DNA of 54,510 bases, from NCBI GenBank assembly GCA_964510945.1, contig CAZEED010000006.1, positions 1-54,510 of the forward strand, written 5' to 3'. The stretch comes from an uncultured Candidatus Saccharibacteria bacterium (GTDB lineage Bacteria > Patescibacteriota > Saccharimonadia > Saccharimonadales > JAGQNJ01). The position numbers were made by a program, and so were the translations under genes. A model generated the notes under the pieces. The model saw only the letters and a list, made by a program, of their open reading frames with translations. It was not told the origin of the DNA and searched no databases. Of the stretch, positions 52,965 to 54,510 are shown in pieces. Positions within the stretch are counted from its first letter, which is position 1. Each line of letters opens with the position of its first letter.

Positions 52965-53743
52965 TGGACAAGTTAAACCTAAAGTGGGGCTACAAAGACA
53001 CGATGACGGTTACTAAACGTAATCTACTTCGTTATGTTAGATCCCCGCAACTTGTAATATTTGCTACCATCCAGCCAATTATGTTTTTGCTTTTGTTCAA
53101 CTTTGTTTTTGGCGGAGCAATCGCACTGCCCCCAGGCATAGATTCTTATATTATCTTTTTACTACCTGGAATAATTGTTCAGACAGTTCTTTTTGGATCA
53201 ACTCAGGCAGTAATAGCCATGAATGCTGATGTTACCGGAGGATTAATTGACAGATTCAAAGCGCTTCCAATGGCGCGTTCCGCAGTCTTATCTGGACGGG
53301 TGCTAGCCGATACATGCCGTAACGCCTTTGTAGTGTTTTTGATGCTAGTCTTGGGAGTTCTACTTGGTTTCGTATTCTCGATGGGCTTTTGGTCTAGTGT
53401 AGCCGGCATAGGGATGGTTATGTTATTCAGCTTTACCATGAGCTGGGTTGGTGTAACCATCGGACTCGTCACCAAAGACGCCGAGACCGCCCAGTCAGCC
53501 GGTTTTATTTGGGTTTTTCCATTTGCTTTTGCTAGCTCCATCTTCGTTCCGGTCGAGACAATGCCTAGCTGGCTCCAAAATTTTGCCGCAAACCAACCTG
53601 TAAGCCTAGTTGCCGATTCTGTCAGAGGACTACTGGTGACTGGCGATACGTCAGATGTCGGCAAAGCGCTCGTGTGGCTGTTTGGTATTTTTGCAGTATT
53701 TTTCTTTATTAGTGTGCGCCAATATTCAAAAACCTCTAGATAA
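52961..53743 (+). CDS. ABC-2 type transporter permease
   Basis: 260 aa with about 6 TM segments. The start overlaps the ATPase stop (ATGA). Confidence 0.8.
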   Translation: MMDKLNLKWGYKDTMTVTKRNLLRYVRSPQLVIFATIQPIMFLLLFNFVFGGAIALPPGIDSYIIFLLPGIIVQTVLFGSTQAVIAMNADVTGGLIDRFKALPMARSAVLSGRVLADTCRNAFVVFLMLVLGVLLGFVFSMGFWSSVAGIGMVMLFSFTMSWVGVTIGLVTKDAETAQSAGFIWVFPFAFASSIFVPVETMPSWLQNFAANQPVSLVADSVRGLLVTGDTSDVGKALVWLFGIFAVFFFISVRQYSKTSR

Positions 53744-53752
53744 TTATCAGCT

Positions 53753-54469
53753 TCAGGAAATGATTGTGCCGATTGACTCACCCTTGACTGCTTTTAGCAG
53801 ATTGTCTTCTTTGAAGGCATTAAAAACTATCGTTGGCATATTGTGTTCCATAGCGAGTCCAAGAGCAGCTTGATCCATGACCTTAACATCACTATTCTCA
53901 ACCGCGCTTTGAAATGCCATGTGTGTATGCATTTTAGCATCGTCGTGCTTCATTGGATCTTTATCAAAAACACCGTCTACTTTTGTGGCTTTTAGAACTA
54001 TGTCGCATTGGAGCTCTAGACCAGTTAAAATAGCGGCGGTATCATGGGTAGAATATGGTCGGCCGGTTCCACCAGCAACAAGCAATACTCTATTGTTTTG
54101 TAGATGCTTTTCGGCAAGCCTAAAAGTAAAACTCTCAGCTACTTGCTCAGCAAAGATATTACTAAGACACCTGGTATTTAGCCCTTCAGCTTCAAATAGA
54201 TCTGTTAGCGCCATAGCGTTCATTAGTCCTGATAACATTCCCATTTGATCTGCCGTAACGCGCTTTATGCCACTTTCTCCAGCGAGTTTTTCGCCCCTAA
54301 CCATGTTGCCACCGCCAACAATAACTACAAGTTGCACATCAATATCTTGGATTTTCTTAATTTCGTTAGCTAAGTATTTTGCAACTTCTGGATCAATACC
54401 ATATTCATGTTTTCCGGCTAGTTGCTCACCAGAGAGTTTAAGTAATACTCTTTTATATCTCGCGCTCAT
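53753..54469 (-). CDS. pyrH: UMP kinase
   Basis: YKRVLLKLSGEQLAG, VVIVGGGNMVRG and VLLVAGGTGRPYSTHDTAA are canonical PyrH blocks. Confidence 0.92.
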   Translation of the reverse strand: MSARYKRVLLKLSGEQLAGKHEYGIDPEVAKYLANEIKKIQDIDVQLVVIVGGGNMVRGEKLAGESGIKRVTADQMGMLSGLMNAMALTDLFEAEGLNTRCLSNIFAEQVAESFTFRLAEKHLQNNRVLLVAGGTGRPYSTHDTAAILTGLELQCDIVLKATKVDGVFDKDPMKHDDAKMHTHMAFQSAVENSDVKVMDQAALGLAMEHNMPTIVFNAFKEDNLLKAVKGESIGTIIS

Positions 54470-54510
54470 CTAACAGACAAGTCTAGCAGATAATCTTAAG
54501 TACGGCTATA

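Noticed and set aside
53203-53781. 192-aa minus-strand ORF antisense to the ABC-2 permease
   Set aside because: The plus-strand product is a coherent 6-TM permease coupled to its ATPase. The antisense ORF is a shadow of that hydrophobic coding region.
1-54510. CRISPR arrays, rRNA genes, transposase/IS elements with terminal inverted repeats
   Set aside because: I saw no regularly spaced short direct repeats, no rRNA-like conserved blocks and no DDE- or IS-type transposase ORFs. The only recombinases are the two large serine recombinases.

Overview
This 54.5 kb window looks like a small-genome, Gram-positive-like or CPR/Saccharibacteria-like bacterium; the taxon is inferred from gene content only. 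It has two parts.

**Mobile/accessory region (about 1-36.5 kb).**
- It carries an FtsK/SpoIIIE-type DNA translocase, XRE and excisionase-type regulators, two large serine recombinases, a putative Rep protein and a SpoVG-like protein.
- It also carries an Ltp-type surface protein and a ParB-DNA methyltransferase fusion.
- Several defence-like modules are present:
  - a ThsB-like TIR protein coupled to a 4-TM protein;
  - two tandem proteins that each carry an R[NH]xxxH HEPN-type motif;
  - a PLD-SNF2 helicase paired with a large gamma-class N6-adenine methyltransferase;
  - a PD-(D/E)xK nuclease-like protein.
- The region is punctuated by four same-orientation copies of an att-like sequence, at about 3.8, 13.7, 35.3 and 36.5 kb. 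Two of them share a 28-bp perfect core. This suggests tandemly accreted integrative elements.

**Most unusual content.** A tightly coupled ten-gene operon lies at 27.05-35.1 kb. It encodes:
- two sulfotransferase-fold proteins;
- a DDAH/amidinotransferase-fold enzyme;
- a split PPDK/rifampin-phosphotransferase-like kinase;
- a P-loop kinase;
- a nucleotidyltransferase;
- a treble-clef Zn-finger protein;
- a HAD phosphatase;
- a HIT protein.

I interpret it, by inference, as a candidate pathway that makes and transfers a phosphoramidate or PAPS-like activated group.

**Housekeeping-like region (36.7-54.5 kb).** It contains NUDIX, an APH-like kinase, a SET-domain protein, a CDF transporter, tyrS, a SulP permease, two ABC transporter pairs, tRNA-Ser(GGA), a class I GATase and pyrH. 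It also holds a duplicated 71-nt intergenic element, a fragment of the tRNA-Ser 3' end, and several genes with a -10-like hexamer 6-9 nt upstream of the start codon (leaderless-type layout).

No CRISPR array or rRNA gene was seen. All domain calls rest on motifs read by eye from the translations; no database search was run.
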